Virus record (IMG/VR): IMGVR_UViG_3300022699_000232 | Coordinates: 10,288 to 74,287 of that record | Length of the DNA stretch: 64,000 bases | Source of the DNA: a virus | Reading direction: 5' to 3' (one strand) | Shown here: piece after piece, positions 26,831-36,742 of the stretch | Layout of the letters: the number at the start of each line of letters is the position of its first letter | How positions within the stretch are numbered: position 1 is the first letter of the stretch | The notes under the pieces: generated by a model | What the model saw: only the letters and a program-made list of their open reading frames with translations | What the model was told of the DNA's origin: nothing | Databases searched by the model: none | Translations under genes and position numbers: made by a program

Positions 26831-29800
26831 GTGGCGCGCGTGTTCGACTTCGGGATCGGCATCACGGCGGAAGACGAAGCCTCTTCCGTCATCCAGAACG
26901 TCATCCAGGACGTCGGAAACCTCAGAAATTCACTCACCTCGATGTCGGACGCCGGAACCGTCGAGGACATCATGGGTGGCTGGGATCCGACGGCACTCAT
27001 CCCCGCCGAAGATGCGCTCGATGACATGCGACGCATCCTCGGAGACGTTGGCGAAGTCCTCGTCGACATCTCCAAGGATACGGAGTTCATGGCGAAGGCG
27101 CTCGGTCGTGGTGCGACCGACTTTGCTGTTGAGCTTGAAGAGGTCAAGCCTGCGCTGGAGCAGGTGAAGCCGGAGCTTCACGAGGTCACTAGGGGACTTT
27201 GTGCTATCGACGAGTGCGCTGATAAAGCGTCTGTATCCCTGAAGGAAGTTTCCGATAGTTCCTCTGGTCTTGGAAAGATCCTACGCAAGCTCGATTCGGG
27301 CTTAGGGGACATCGTGGACGGGTTCGCCGATCTTGTCGGACTCGTTGGTGGTGCCGTTCCTCTCGGTCTTTCGAAGATCGAGCATGAATCTGTTCGACTC
27401 AACGCCTCTCTCGGTCAGTCACGCGACCAATCGATGGAGTTCGCGCGCAGCGTAACCGAGATAGCAGAGAGTACTGGTCTCTCGACTGATTCGATCCTGA
27501 AACTTCAGACGAACCTCGCGAAGGCAGGACTACGCTTCGATGAGACTACAGAGGCAGGTAGGCGGCAGATCGAAACGTACGCGCACTTGCAGGAGACCTA
27601 CAAACTAGGTGCTGAAGAAACACAGCGTCTTGCCGGTGCAATGCACGCCATGGGCAATTCTGTAGAGGATCTGGCCGGCGTCGGTCGTCGCTTTGAGAAG
27701 GAATTTCAGGTTCCAGGCATCATTGCGACGCTACCTGAAGCTGCCGACGCCGCGATGGATGCGCAGGCACAGTTCGGCTCACTAGTGGGTCGATCCTCGC
27801 GTGACATCATGGTCAACATCCAACGCATGACGGGTGTATACGCTCGCGCGCTCGGCACAACAGCCGCCAATGCCGCCGACAAGGCACGTCAGACCTTCAT
27901 GCACTTCCAGGGCGAGATTGAGCACTTCGAAGATCTCTTCCTTGGTCTGGAAGATGATGTATCGCCGATGCAGCGGGCATTCCTGGAGACCGGAATGTCG
28001 TTTGCCAGTATGGAGGACATGATCCGCATGGGCGCAGAAGCGCCCATGGAGTTTGCTCAGAGCGTTCTTGCCATCAGAGATCAGATGGACCCGCAGATGG
28101 GTCAGCGCTTCTTCCGTCAGATTCTTCGTGCTAGCGACGAGACTACACGCAAGATTCTTACGCAGCAGGAGATCTTGCGGCACGGTACGGAGCAAGAGAA
28201 GAAGGATCTCGAAGAGCTAATGAAGAAGGAGGAGGACGCTCAGAAGCAACAAGAAGCCTTCAACAACATGATCTCTGAGATGCGTCGTAACGCCGTCGAC
28301 GCTTTCGACATCTTCAACAACCTGCTTGGTGTATTCCGAGAGGAGGTTAAGCTCGATTTCGCCGATGCGATCCAGCAAGGACTGACACATCTCATCAAGC
28401 TGATTCCGAAGGGAATCCAGCTATGGCGCGACTTCAGTGGATTCGTGCGCGGAACCAGCGACGTCTTTGAGGGCTACGGCCCCGTCTTGTCATCTGTCGC
28501 CGGTGCATTGCGCGGACTCTTTACGAACGCCGAGGACGGAAGCAATCAGTTCAACGAGATCACCGGTAATGCCGTTGCGTTCGGGGTCGGTTTGTCTACG
28601 GTTGCTGGTGCTGCTGGCGTACTAGTGAAGGTTGTCAAGCCGCTTTGGAAGATCCTCAAGGGTGGTGGAAAGATCCTCAAGTCTATCGGGAAGCACCTAC
28701 TGTCCGTTGGGCGAGAGGCTGCCGCCGCAGGACGCGGTGCAGGTGCGATGCGGGGATCGATGAAGGCTCTCGGCGTCGTTGTCAAGCGTATTGCTGTACC
28801 TCTCGGCATCGCTATCGCGGCCTTCGACAACGTCAAGGAGGCTGTGCTCGGAGTTGCCGACATCATCTCAGATCCAAATAAGACCGGTTTCGAGAAGTTC
28901 GAGGACATCGTCGGTGAGGTGCTCGGCGCGGTCTGGGGCACTTTCGACGACTTCTTCCTCGGCCTCCCCGGCAAGTTTGTGGAGGGCTTCAATAACGTCG
29001 GTCGTTCGATCAGTACAGAAGGAGCCGAGGATTTTGGTAAGGCAGTCGGCGACTTGCTCGGCAACGGGCTCGCGACGATGGTCAGTTGGTTCAGCGAGTC
29101 GGTCATTCCGTGGTTCCGGAATACTCTCGTGCCCGGCATCCAGGACACTCTGTCTGCTATGGGCACGGGTGAATTCTGGAAGGATCTGGGTCTCAAGCTC
29201 CTGAGTGGATTCGCGGCTATCGGCGACCAGATCCTCGCTTTCTTCAGTGGTCTTGGCGAGGGTTTTGTCAATGCGTTTAGTGTTCCCCTCGAAGGGCTCA
29301 AGCCGACCGTGGAGATCATCTGGCTCAAACTCCAAAAGGCTCTCACGATAGGTATTTTGGGGTGGGTCGACACGTTCATGAACCAGATCTCGACGATTAA
29401 GTTGGCCTCGACAAACGCATTTGCTTATATCGAAAAGACCTGGGAAACGGTCACTTTCAAGCTGGAGCATAATTTCCAGTTGTTTGTCGCCAGCGCTCTC
29501 AGTCACTTGGCAGCGTTGGCGCAGGCTGTTCTTGATAATGCTGCTGTACTCGGAATTACCGTAGATCAAGCGAATCTAGGTGTCGACGCAGTCCGCTCCG
29601 CCGCTAACGCTGTTCTGGCCGCAGCGGGGACTGCTCGTGAGGAACACGAAAATGAGATGGAGCGGATTGAGGATGAGCGTGCTGCGAGTCAATCAGCCAT
29701 CATCGATGAGATCAGGATGCGCGAGGCGGCCACGGATGCTGCCGCCGCGGACTTTGATAGACGTGTCGAAGAGCAGCAGGAAGTTCTCAACAAGCTCGCT

Positions 29801-30205
29801 GAGCAGCGTGCCGAAGCTGATGCGGCGGCTGCGCGTGAAGCGATGGGCATCGCCGCGCGCGAGGACGAGCCAGGGGCCGAGACCGGCAGTACTGCTACGT
29901 TGACCGCCGGACCGCCACCTGCCGGGGCCGGCGAAATTCCCCCGATGATCGCTGCTCCGGAGGGCACAGCCGGTGTTTCACAGGTAGTTCAGACCGCCGG
30001 CGTCGGTGCTGGCGGTGGCGGTGGTGGTGGAGCTACACGTCCAACCCCATTGGGTCCTGTTCCCGTCAATCTCAATGGGCAGATTACGGTTGCCGGTATG
30101 GGTCGTTGGGGGGCGATGATCGCCGAACAACTCGATCTCGCCCTTGCGCCCGGAAACGCCCCAGAAGATATGTCGAGCCCACATCATCAAGGGATGAACC
30201 AGTAG
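26831..30205 (+). CDS. Tape measure protein
   Basis: 1124 aa, helical and Ala/Gly-rich with central hydrophobic segments; N-terminal GIGITAEDEASSVI; lies between chaperone and baseplate. Confidence 0.88.
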   Translation: MARVFDFGIGITAEDEASSVIQNVIQDVGNLRNSLTSMSDAGTVEDIMGGWDPTALIPAEDALDDMRRILGDVGEVLVDISKDTEFMAKALGRGATDFAVELEEVKPALEQVKPELHEVTRGLCAIDECADKASVSLKEVSDSSSGLGKILRKLDSGLGDIVDGFADLVGLVGGAVPLGLSKIEHESVRLNASLGQSRDQSMEFARSVTEIAESTGLSTDSILKLQTNLAKAGLRFDETTEAGRRQIETYAHLQETYKLGAEETQRLAGAMHAMGNSVEDLAGVGRRFEKEFQVPGIIATLPEAADAAMDAQAQFGSLVGRSSRDIMVNIQRMTGVYARALGTTAANAADKARQTFMHFQGEIEHFEDLFLGLEDDVSPMQRAFLETGMSFASMEDMIRMGAEAPMEFAQSVLAIRDQMDPQMGQRFFRQILRASDETTRKILTQQEILRHGTEQEKKDLEELMKKEEDAQKQQEAFNNMISEMRRNAVDAFDIFNNLLGVFREEVKLDFADAIQQGLTHLIKLIPKGIQLWRDFSGFVRGTSDVFEGYGPVLSSVAGALRGLFTNAEDGSNQFNEITGNAVAFGVGLSTVAGAAGVLVKVVKPLWKILKGGGKILKSIGKHLLSVGREAAAAGRGAGAMRGSMKALGVVVKRIAVPLGIAIAAFDNVKEAVLGVADIISDPNKTGFEKFEDIVGEVLGAVWGTFDDFFLGLPGKFVEGFNNVGRSISTEGAEDFGKAVGDLLGNGLATMVSWFSESVIPWFRNTLVPGIQDTLSAMGTGEFWKDLGLKLLSGFAAIGDQILAFFSGLGEGFVNAFSVPLEGLKPTVEIIWLKLQKALTIGILGWVDTFMNQISTIKLASTNAFAYIEKTWETVTFKLEHNFQLFVASALSHLAALAQAVLDNAAVLGITVDQANLGVDAVRSAANAVLAAAGTAREEHENEMERIEDERAASQSAIIDEIRMREAATDAAAADFDRRVEEQQEVLNKLAEQRAEADAAAAREAMGIAAREDEPGAETGSTATLTAGPPPAGAGEIPPMIAAPEGTAGVSQVVQTAGVGAGGGGGGGATRPTPLGPVPVNLNGQITVAGMGRWGAMIAEQLDLALAPGNAPEDMSSPHHQGMNQ

Positions 30206-30209
30206 CGCT

Positions 30210-30539
30210 ATGGGCACTCTGAGAAACCCGCAAGGACCGTTGCAACATGCCGAACTCGTTCAGATCAACGAGGTCGTCTTCTGGGATCGCACTATGCCTC
30301 CCGTGGTCGACCCCGTCGATACAGACGAGGACTACATCGTTCAGATGGCGGATCGCTCAGATCTGTTGACGCAGGTCAAGATGTCGAACTCACAGTGGCC
30401 TTGGGTCCTCATGGAGCGGAATCGAAGCGAGGAGGATGGCGAGATCGATATGCGCTTGTGGCCGAACGACTACGTTCCCGGCGCAACGATCAAGCTCCCT
30501 AGCCGAGACTCTGTAATCCAGCGAGGCATCTCTCCGTGA
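30210..30539 (+). CDS. Baseplate LysM-like protein (gp53/gpX-like)
   Basis: YIVQMADRSDLL...WVLMERN...PGATIKLPS. Confidence 0.75.
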   Translation: MGTLRNPQGPLQHAELVQINEVVFWDRTMPPVVDPVDTDEDYIVQMADRSDLLTQVKMSNSQWPWVLMERNRSEEDGEIDMRLWPNDYVPGATIKLPSRDSVIQRGISP

Positions 30540-32140
30540 GTTCGCTGGGCCCTAATCAGAGCGGCGGGGTCTTCAACATCCCGCAGCAGCGTGTCCCAAA
30601 GCGAAAGGGAGAGAATTTCTCTCCCGTCAATGACCTGTACGCGCCCTACTTCGACGTCGTGTTCTATCGCCCCGAGGAGGAGACGGGGACGAGAGAGTCG
30701 GACGAGATGGAGTCGCAGGGCGTGGGTGCGTTGACTCTTAGAGAGGTTGAGGCGACCGACTCGATTGGTGCGTCGAAGATTCAGCTTCGGAGCACAGGCG
30801 GCGGCACTCAGATTCTCAACCCTCAGGGGCCGGACAGCCCTATGGGACAACTTCTTAACTACAAGTCGAACCTTCAGATCACGATGGTTTCGGCAGCCGC
30901 ACTTCAGGCAACCCTCACGCTTCAACCGCCCTACTTCGACGCGATCAACATCATCGACAGTCGTCTCATCAAGTACGGATCGTTGATGGAGGTCCAGTGG
31001 GGCTACATCAACACAGAGACAAACCAGCCAGAGATCTCGGATAAGGGGCTCTTCACCATCGTCCAGCCGTCAATCAAGTTCGGACGTGAGGTGACACTCA
31101 CGCTCGGCGGTTTCGACACTCTTTCGACTTCGCTTAGGTCTATCGATTCACGTCGTGAGTGGTCGCGCGAGAACTTCGAGAACGATCTGCTGATCCTTCG
31201 AGAGATTGTCTCCAAGGCCGGAACGGGACTCGTCATCGATGATTCTGGAGTTAAGCCCGAATCCTCTCTTCGGAAGTCGAAGTCTCGTAGCATCACTCAG
31301 GCTACCGACAACTGGACTTTCTTTCGTCGCCTCTGTCGCCAGAACGACGTGACGTTCACGCAGGTCGGTAGTACTGTCAAGCTCAGCGACCAAGAAGAAC
31401 GTGATCTCGCTCCGCGAAAGTACCGGCTCATCTGGTTCATGCAGCCGCAGAAGGAGTGGGACATTCCCATGGTCTCGTTCGAGACGAATCCGCACATCGG
31501 CTACTTTGCCGGTCAGGGTTCACGCGGGCTGCTTACTATCTGCCGTGACTCAGAGACAGGCGAAGTTCGTCAAGTCGAGAATAGCCCCGTCGACCCGGGT
31601 GTTGGTCAGACAGGCGAGGGTCGGGCGCAGACAGCAGAGGGATCGCACAAGAAGGATGTGGTTAAGACCGCCGAATCGGGAAGTGTTGCAGCCTTCGGCA
31701 AGTCGGATGACAAGACCAGCACATCTGCCGGACGCGTTTACGTCCAGCCGTGTGGGAAGCCAAACCAAGACGAGGAGACAGATCGCACCAACCGTGAAAT
31801 TCTGCGCAACTTCAACACCCGAGCGAGCGCGCTTTGCCCGGGTGTTCCGGGGATGGTTCCGCAGATCATTACCGAGGTGGCGAATGTCGGTAAGGTTTTC
31901 TCGGGTCACTATCGAGTGATGAAGGTCGTTCACGACATTGGTGTCGGCGGCTACACGATGCAGATCGATCTTCTACACGCCGCCAGCAGCGGCGATCCGC
32001 GCTCATCTGATACCGATGTTCGTGCTCAGACGAAGCAGGGGCCAGAGAATCCAGATCAGCCGCCGTGTCCCGCGTCTGGCGAACTCGTCGAACCAAAGCC
32101 CGGCGATGACGCAACTGCGGCTGCTTCGGGGGGCGCTTAG
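30536..32140 (+). CDS. Baseplate hub protein (gp27/gpD-like)
   Basis: MEVQWGY, ITQATDNWTFFRRLCRQ, NVGKVFSGHYRVMKVVHDIGVGGYTMQI. Confidence 0.85.
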   Translation: MSSLGPNQSGGVFNIPQQRVPKRKGENFSPVNDLYAPYFDVVFYRPEEETGTRESDEMESQGVGALTLREVEATDSIGASKIQLRSTGGGTQILNPQGPDSPMGQLLNYKSNLQITMVSAAALQATLTLQPPYFDAINIIDSRLIKYGSLMEVQWGYINTETNQPEISDKGLFTIVQPSIKFGREVTLTLGGFDTLSTSLRSIDSRREWSRENFENDLLILREIVSKAGTGLVIDDSGVKPESSLRKSKSRSITQATDNWTFFRRLCRQNDVTFTQVGSTVKLSDQEERDLAPRKYRLIWFMQPQKEWDIPMVSFETNPHIGYFAGQGSRGLLTICRDSETGEVRQVENSPVDPGVGQTGEGRAQTAEGSHKKDVVKTAESGSVAAFGKSDDKTSTSAGRVYVQPCGKPNQDEETDRTNREILRNFNTRASALCPGVPGMVPQIITEVANVGKVFSGHYRVMKVVHDIGVGGYTMQIDLLHAASSGDPRSSDTDVRAQTKQGPENPDQPPCPASGELVEPKPGDDATAAASGGA

Positions 32141-33514
32141 ATGGCTACTTGGACACTATCTCAAACCCTCACGAATATCCGTGAACGTGGTCTGGAGAAC
32201 ACATTTCAGCGCTTCTACTCGTTCTACCAGTCGCGGGTAAAGAGCACGGCCGATCCGCAACAACAGGGTCGCTCTCGCGTTCATGTCGATAGTCTAGGCT
32301 ACCCGCGCGAGCATCCCGAGTTTGCGGATACGATGAGTCCTTTCGCCAGCGACGACGCTGGCTTCTACTTCCCGCCTTACGAAGACGATCTTGTTTATGT
32401 GTCCTTCGACCAAGGCGATCACTCATCGCCTATGGTGGTGGGCTCCTTTTGGAAGACGCGCGGTAATAGGCAAGTCTCTGATTCGGGGGTGCCCGCCGAA
32501 TTCGTCAGGTCTGACGAATCGGCCCCGACTGTGCGCGGCATCAAGGTCCGCGTAGGTAGCGGTCTTGCCTTCGACGAGACAGAAGACCAGGTCAAAACCG
32601 AGATGTGGACGGGTGCGTCCCAAGGTGTGGGGCAGCCTGCCGAGAAGCACCACCGTGTGCTGCTGGACGACACGACAGAGGACGAGAAAGTGGTCGTGGC
32701 TTCGTTCGGGGGTCACGAGAGTCGATGGCAAGACAAGGCCGGAGAAGTCTACCTCCGTCATAAGACTACCGACGGCCATGAAGTTCTGCTCGATGACACA
32801 GGGAAGAAGATTCTCATCAAGAGTGTTGGTGACCACGCGATCACCATCGACGACAACGCCAACACCATCGAAGCTGCAACTCAAAGTGGAAGTCGCATCT
32901 TCATCGATGGGGCGGCTAATGACATCACGTTGGAGACGCCCGGACAGAATTCGGTGTTGATCTCTGATTCGCAGATGAAGATCGAGGCATTGACGACGGG
33001 GCAGCGTAAGCTCGCACTCGACGATGCACTGCAAGTGATTCGTGCTGAGTCGCCTGGAGGGGTTCAAGTCGTTCAAGTCAGTCCTCTGACGGGCACTCAG
33101 ATCACTGACAACACGGCCGGCGGTGTTACGACACTCGCCTCTGCTGGTCCTCTGATCTCTACCGGACAAGGAACGGCTATCACGTCGGCAGGCGGAGCCC
33201 CGGCTACCATCAACAATACCGGTACGGCTACGAGCACTTTCCAAGGGCTCATGACCGAGGATCTTCTTGGAGCCCAGACCAAGAACGTTACGGGTACGTG
33301 GAATGTCCTTGGGGGATTCATCGGGGTAATCAACGCCTTGTCTTTGGCGCTGGGAACCGGGCTTCAGCTACGACTCGTCAACGAGAACTTCTTCGCTGCT
33401 GCCTATAATGTCCACACGCACACTACGACCATTGCCGGCGCACCAACGGGTCCGCCGATCACCGGTCTCGGTGTTGTCGGCACTCACACGACTACGCAGG
33501 TCACAGGTTCTTAA
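32141..33514 (+). CDS. Baseplate central spike (gp5/gpV OB-fold plus beta-helix; no lysozyme domain seen)
   Basis: DPQQQGRSRV...GFYFPPYEDDLVYVSFDQGDHSSPMVVG; GH-x-[IV]-x-[LI]-DD repeats; C-terminal HTH...TGPP metal-binding tip. Confidence 0.9.
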   Translation: MATWTLSQTLTNIRERGLENTFQRFYSFYQSRVKSTADPQQQGRSRVHVDSLGYPREHPEFADTMSPFASDDAGFYFPPYEDDLVYVSFDQGDHSSPMVVGSFWKTRGNRQVSDSGVPAEFVRSDESAPTVRGIKVRVGSGLAFDETEDQVKTEMWTGASQGVGQPAEKHHRVLLDDTTEDEKVVVASFGGHESRWQDKAGEVYLRHKTTDGHEVLLDDTGKKILIKSVGDHAITIDDNANTIEAATQSGSRIFIDGAANDITLETPGQNSVLISDSQMKIEALTTGQRKLALDDALQVIRAESPGGVQVVQVSPLTGTQITDNTAGGVTTLASAGPLISTGQGTAITSAGGAPATINNTGTATSTFQGLMTEDLLGAQTKNVTGTWNVLGGFIGVINALSLALGTGLQLRLVNENFFAAAYNVHTHTTTIAGAPTGPPITGLGVVGTHTTTQVTGS

Positions 33515-33883
33515 ATGTCTGTTCCACAAGGTATTAAGGCACCCTTTGAGGTAAGCAAGACGCGCGGTTCGCCCGTCATTGTTCAGAACAACGAACTCCT
33601 TAGTAGTTCGATTCGCACAATCCTGCTGACGACGCCCGGAGAGCGTCCGTATCGGCCAACCTTCGGGTCCTGGCTTCGGAGGATGGTGTTTGCGAACATG
33701 ACGGAGGGCGCTGCCTTCCAGGCGGCTGCTGAAGCTAAGCGCGCCCTAACTGCCTGGGAGAAGCGGATTACCGTGCAGGACATCCTGTTTGAGTTGGCGG
33801 AAACCTCGATCTTCCTGACCGTGATTTGGCGCCCAAATGGCGCATCAAGTCAGTTTCGAACGACCGTAGAGTTTAGGACGTAG
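33515..33883 (+). CDS. gp25: Baseplate wedge / sheath initiator (gp25/gpW family)
   Basis: SIRTILLTTPGERPYRPTFGS...WEKRI. Confidence 0.93.
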   Translation: MSVPQGIKAPFEVSKTRGSPVIVQNNELLSSSIRTILLTTPGERPYRPTFGSWLRRMVFANMTEGAAFQAAAEAKRALTAWEKRITVQDILFELAETSIFLTVIWRPNGASSQFRTTVEFRT

Positions 33884-33886
33884 CTG

Positions 33887-35728
33887 ATGGCCGTTTTCCT
33901 CAGCACAACCGCAAAGGATCTTATTCGTTCGAACTTCTTCGGTAAGGATTTCGACAGCTACGTCACTGAGATTAACAACCAACTCGTTCTCCAGTTCGGA
34001 AACGAGGTCGCGGGGAATATCGTCACCTCGGACTACGGCCAGTATTTGGTCGAGATGCACGCCTTTGCCCTTTCGACAATGTCCTGGTACGGAGATAGGC
34101 AGGCAGATGACACAACGCTCCAGTTCGTCCGCCTTCGCTCGGCCGCGAACGTCATTGCGCGTCAGCTTGGCTACAAGCCGAATGCGGCTGTTCCCCCGGC
34201 CATCGAACTGACGATGACACTTGCATTCGCGCCCACCCTCACGCGATTGACGCTGGAGGCGGGTCGCGTTCTTGTTGGTCCTGCTGGACTGTTCTACGTA
34301 ACCACCGAAGAGGTCATCTTCGATGTCGGTGAAGTGGGGCCGAAGACCTTTTCTGCTATAGAGGGCGAGGTCATCGAGGAGATCTTCACCAGCGACGGAA
34401 CTCCGAACCAGTTCTTCTTCCTGGAGTCGGTTCCGACAAGTAAGTCTATCGCGCAGGACTCTCCGCGCGTATTCGTGAACAACGTCGAGTGGGCTGAGAA
34501 TCCGCTGCTCACCTTCAAGCGAACCGACCAGTTTGAGATCCAGTACGGGTTCAATCCGCCGCGGCTTCAGTTCGGCGATGGTATCGCTGGAAACATCCCT
34601 CCCGTTGATGCTGAGATTCGCGTCACGTTCCTTGCTACGTCGGGACCTGCCGGTGCTGTCCAGGCCAACACGGTTACCAACTTTCAGGCGCCGCTAGTTG
34701 CTGGGTCTCAGACGCTTCAAGCGACTCTGACGCACGATGACCCGTCGACGCCTGGTTCACCGCGCGAGAGCATCGACTCCATCAAGATCAATGCGCCGCT
34801 GGTCACGCAGACGGCCGACCGTGCTGTCACCCAGAAGGATCTGGATGCGCTCATCAACGCGTTCATCGATCCGGTCTTCGGTGCTGTAGCTGTCGGGCGC
34901 GCCACCGTACCGCGTACTGTGGACGAAGACGCCGAGGCGCTGACGATTATCGGGTTGATCGACGCCTGCTGTCCGGTGGTCCTGACCCACGGTGCAACCG
35001 ACCCCTCTGGCAGCACCTTCACCGTTGGTTCGACGGTCACGGGCAACCTGTCAGAGGCAACCGGCACCATCGCGCGCGTTACGTCATCGACGACGCTGGA
35101 GGTCGTGGATGTCGGAGAAACGACACCGTTCGTGGTTGGAGACGTAATCACCGAGTTTGGAACGGGTGTTACGGCGACGCTTACTTCAGTTGCGGACCCG
35201 GGCATCGCATCTCGGCTGCGAACCTACTGGGACGCTGTTCTCTCCTCGAACTGTAAGGTCAACATCGTCAACGCACAGGTGCTTGCGGCAGACGCTACTG
35301 GTAGGTATGTATCCGCACCTGTCGGGCTCGCGACGGCCTTGGAGACGTTCCTCAACGAGCGTGCCGAGAGCACGGTTGAGGTGATTGTGACCGACGGGTC
35401 CATCAACCTCTTTAGCGTTTCGTTGGAGGTTGAGATCGCGTTGGCCGAAGGTTTCAACAACGAGGTTGCTCGTCAGACCGTCTTCGCCAATGTCATCGCT
35501 GTGCTGGAGACTGAACTTCTGGGTCGGTCTTACGGTGAGTCACTGCGCATCGGCGATCTCTACGCACTTGTTGAGGCGGTCGAAGGTGTCCGTTACAGCC
35601 ACATTGCTGTGAGCGCGATCAACGGGGAAACCCCAGGTATCGGTGCTCTGAATGAGTTCGGAGACCTGGTCATCCGCGACTTCGAGGTCATCACACTCGG
35701 CGAGCAACCGGCGCTGTCTCAGATCTAA
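33887..35728 (+). CDS. gp6: Baseplate wedge protein (gp6/baseplate J-like)
   Basis: KDFDS, ARQLGYKP, SDGTPNQFF, FGDGIAGNIPP, ESIDSIKINAP, RAVTQKD. Confidence 0.9.
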   Translation: MAVFLSTTAKDLIRSNFFGKDFDSYVTEINNQLVLQFGNEVAGNIVTSDYGQYLVEMHAFALSTMSWYGDRQADDTTLQFVRLRSAANVIARQLGYKPNAAVPPAIELTMTLAFAPTLTRLTLEAGRVLVGPAGLFYVTTEEVIFDVGEVGPKTFSAIEGEVIEEIFTSDGTPNQFFFLESVPTSKSIAQDSPRVFVNNVEWAENPLLTFKRTDQFEIQYGFNPPRLQFGDGIAGNIPPVDAEIRVTFLATSGPAGAVQANTVTNFQAPLVAGSQTLQATLTHDDPSTPGSPRESIDSIKINAPLVTQTADRAVTQKDLDALINAFIDPVFGAVAVGRATVPRTVDEDAEALTIIGLIDACCPVVLTHGATDPSGSTFTVGSTVTGNLSEATGTIARVTSSTTLEVVDVGETTPFVVGDVITEFGTGVTATLTSVADPGIASRLRTYWDAVLSSNCKVNIVNAQVLAADATGRYVSAPVGLATALETFLNERAESTVEVIVTDGSINLFSVSLEVEIALAEGFNNEVARQTVFANVIAVLETELLGRSYGESLRIGDLYALVEAVEGVRYSHIAVSAINGETPGIGALNEFGDLVIRDFEVITLGEQPALSQI

Positions 35729-35740
35729 AGGATTCTAACC

Positions 35741-36742
35741 ATGTCTGAGCTTTCCCCGCGCAACCTGTTTCCTTACCCTTCGGAGCGCGAGCAGCCCTTC
35801 TTCGATCTATTCAAGGCCGGAGAGCTTGCGAAGGATGCGGCCATCTTCGCGAACTCCGACAACTCGAACATTGTCTGGCAGAAGGGTGGAATCTTCTCCT
35901 GGGATGCGGCGACGGACACCCTCTTTTGGACCGACACGATCTACGTGAACGGTTTCCACGCACCGTTCGGTGGGTTCATTCCAAGTGGGTCTGTGACGCT
36001 TCAGGAGAACGAGGTCATCTACTTCAAGATGCCTCGGTTGGTTCAGAATCAGGATGTGGAACTCGAACTCTTCCGTTCGAGTCGGATCTTCCTGGAGGGT
36101 GTGCGTCTGCACGACCTGAGACTCTTCGTCACACGACGTGACGACGTCATCTACTTCGCGAACGGCATGTCGCTCAACGACGGCGATACAGGCCCCTTGT
36201 TCGAAGCAGGGCTCATCAAGGTCACCACTGTTCTTCCACACCAGCACGAGCCTGCTTGGCTCTTCATTGCTCCGGCAGCCGGCCTCAATACGCTGACTCC
36301 TTCTCCCGTCATCACGACGCCCGATCTCATTCGTGTCGACGTCTTCCGGAACGGACAACTTCTGGTGGAGGGCGCCACCGAAGACTACACGGTGGACCTG
36401 AACACAGGTGTCATCACGCTCAACACGGCGACCGTTGTCGTGCCGAACCCCGACAAGTTCATCGTCTTCCGTGAGACCCGAGACAATTCCGGCGTCTCCG
36501 TGTCGAGTCACCAACACCCTGCGCCGCTGCTGCTCAAGCCGACACCGGGAACGGCCGTCCTAAATGCTCTCGCGACGTCTCCCTTCCTGCTTCGCGTCGA
36601 CGTGTTCCGCAACGGTCAACTCCTCGCCGAAGGGGCAACGGAAGACTACACCGTAGACCTGGGCACGGGTCTCATCACCCTTGCCGTGGCGTCCGTAATC
36701 AACGACAAGTTCGAGATCTGGCGTGAGTTGGCGATCCCCTAA
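35741..36742 (+). CDS. Baseplate-associated protein with duplicated C-terminal domain
   Basis: HQH...RVDVFRNGQLLxEGATEDYTVDLxTGxITL occurs twice. Confidence 0.75.
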   Translation: MSELSPRNLFPYPSEREQPFFDLFKAGELAKDAAIFANSDNSNIVWQKGGIFSWDAATDTLFWTDTIYVNGFHAPFGGFIPSGSVTLQENEVIYFKMPRLVQNQDVELELFRSSRIFLEGVRLHDLRLFVTRRDDVIYFANGMSLNDGDTGPLFEAGLIKVTTVLPHQHEPAWLFIAPAAGLNTLTPSPVITTPDLIRVDVFRNGQLLVEGATEDYTVDLNTGVITLNTATVVVPNPDKFIVFRETRDNSGVSVSSHQHPAPLLLKPTPGTAVLNALATSPFLLRVDVFRNGQLLAEGATEDYTVDLGTGLITLAVASVINDKFEIWRELAIP

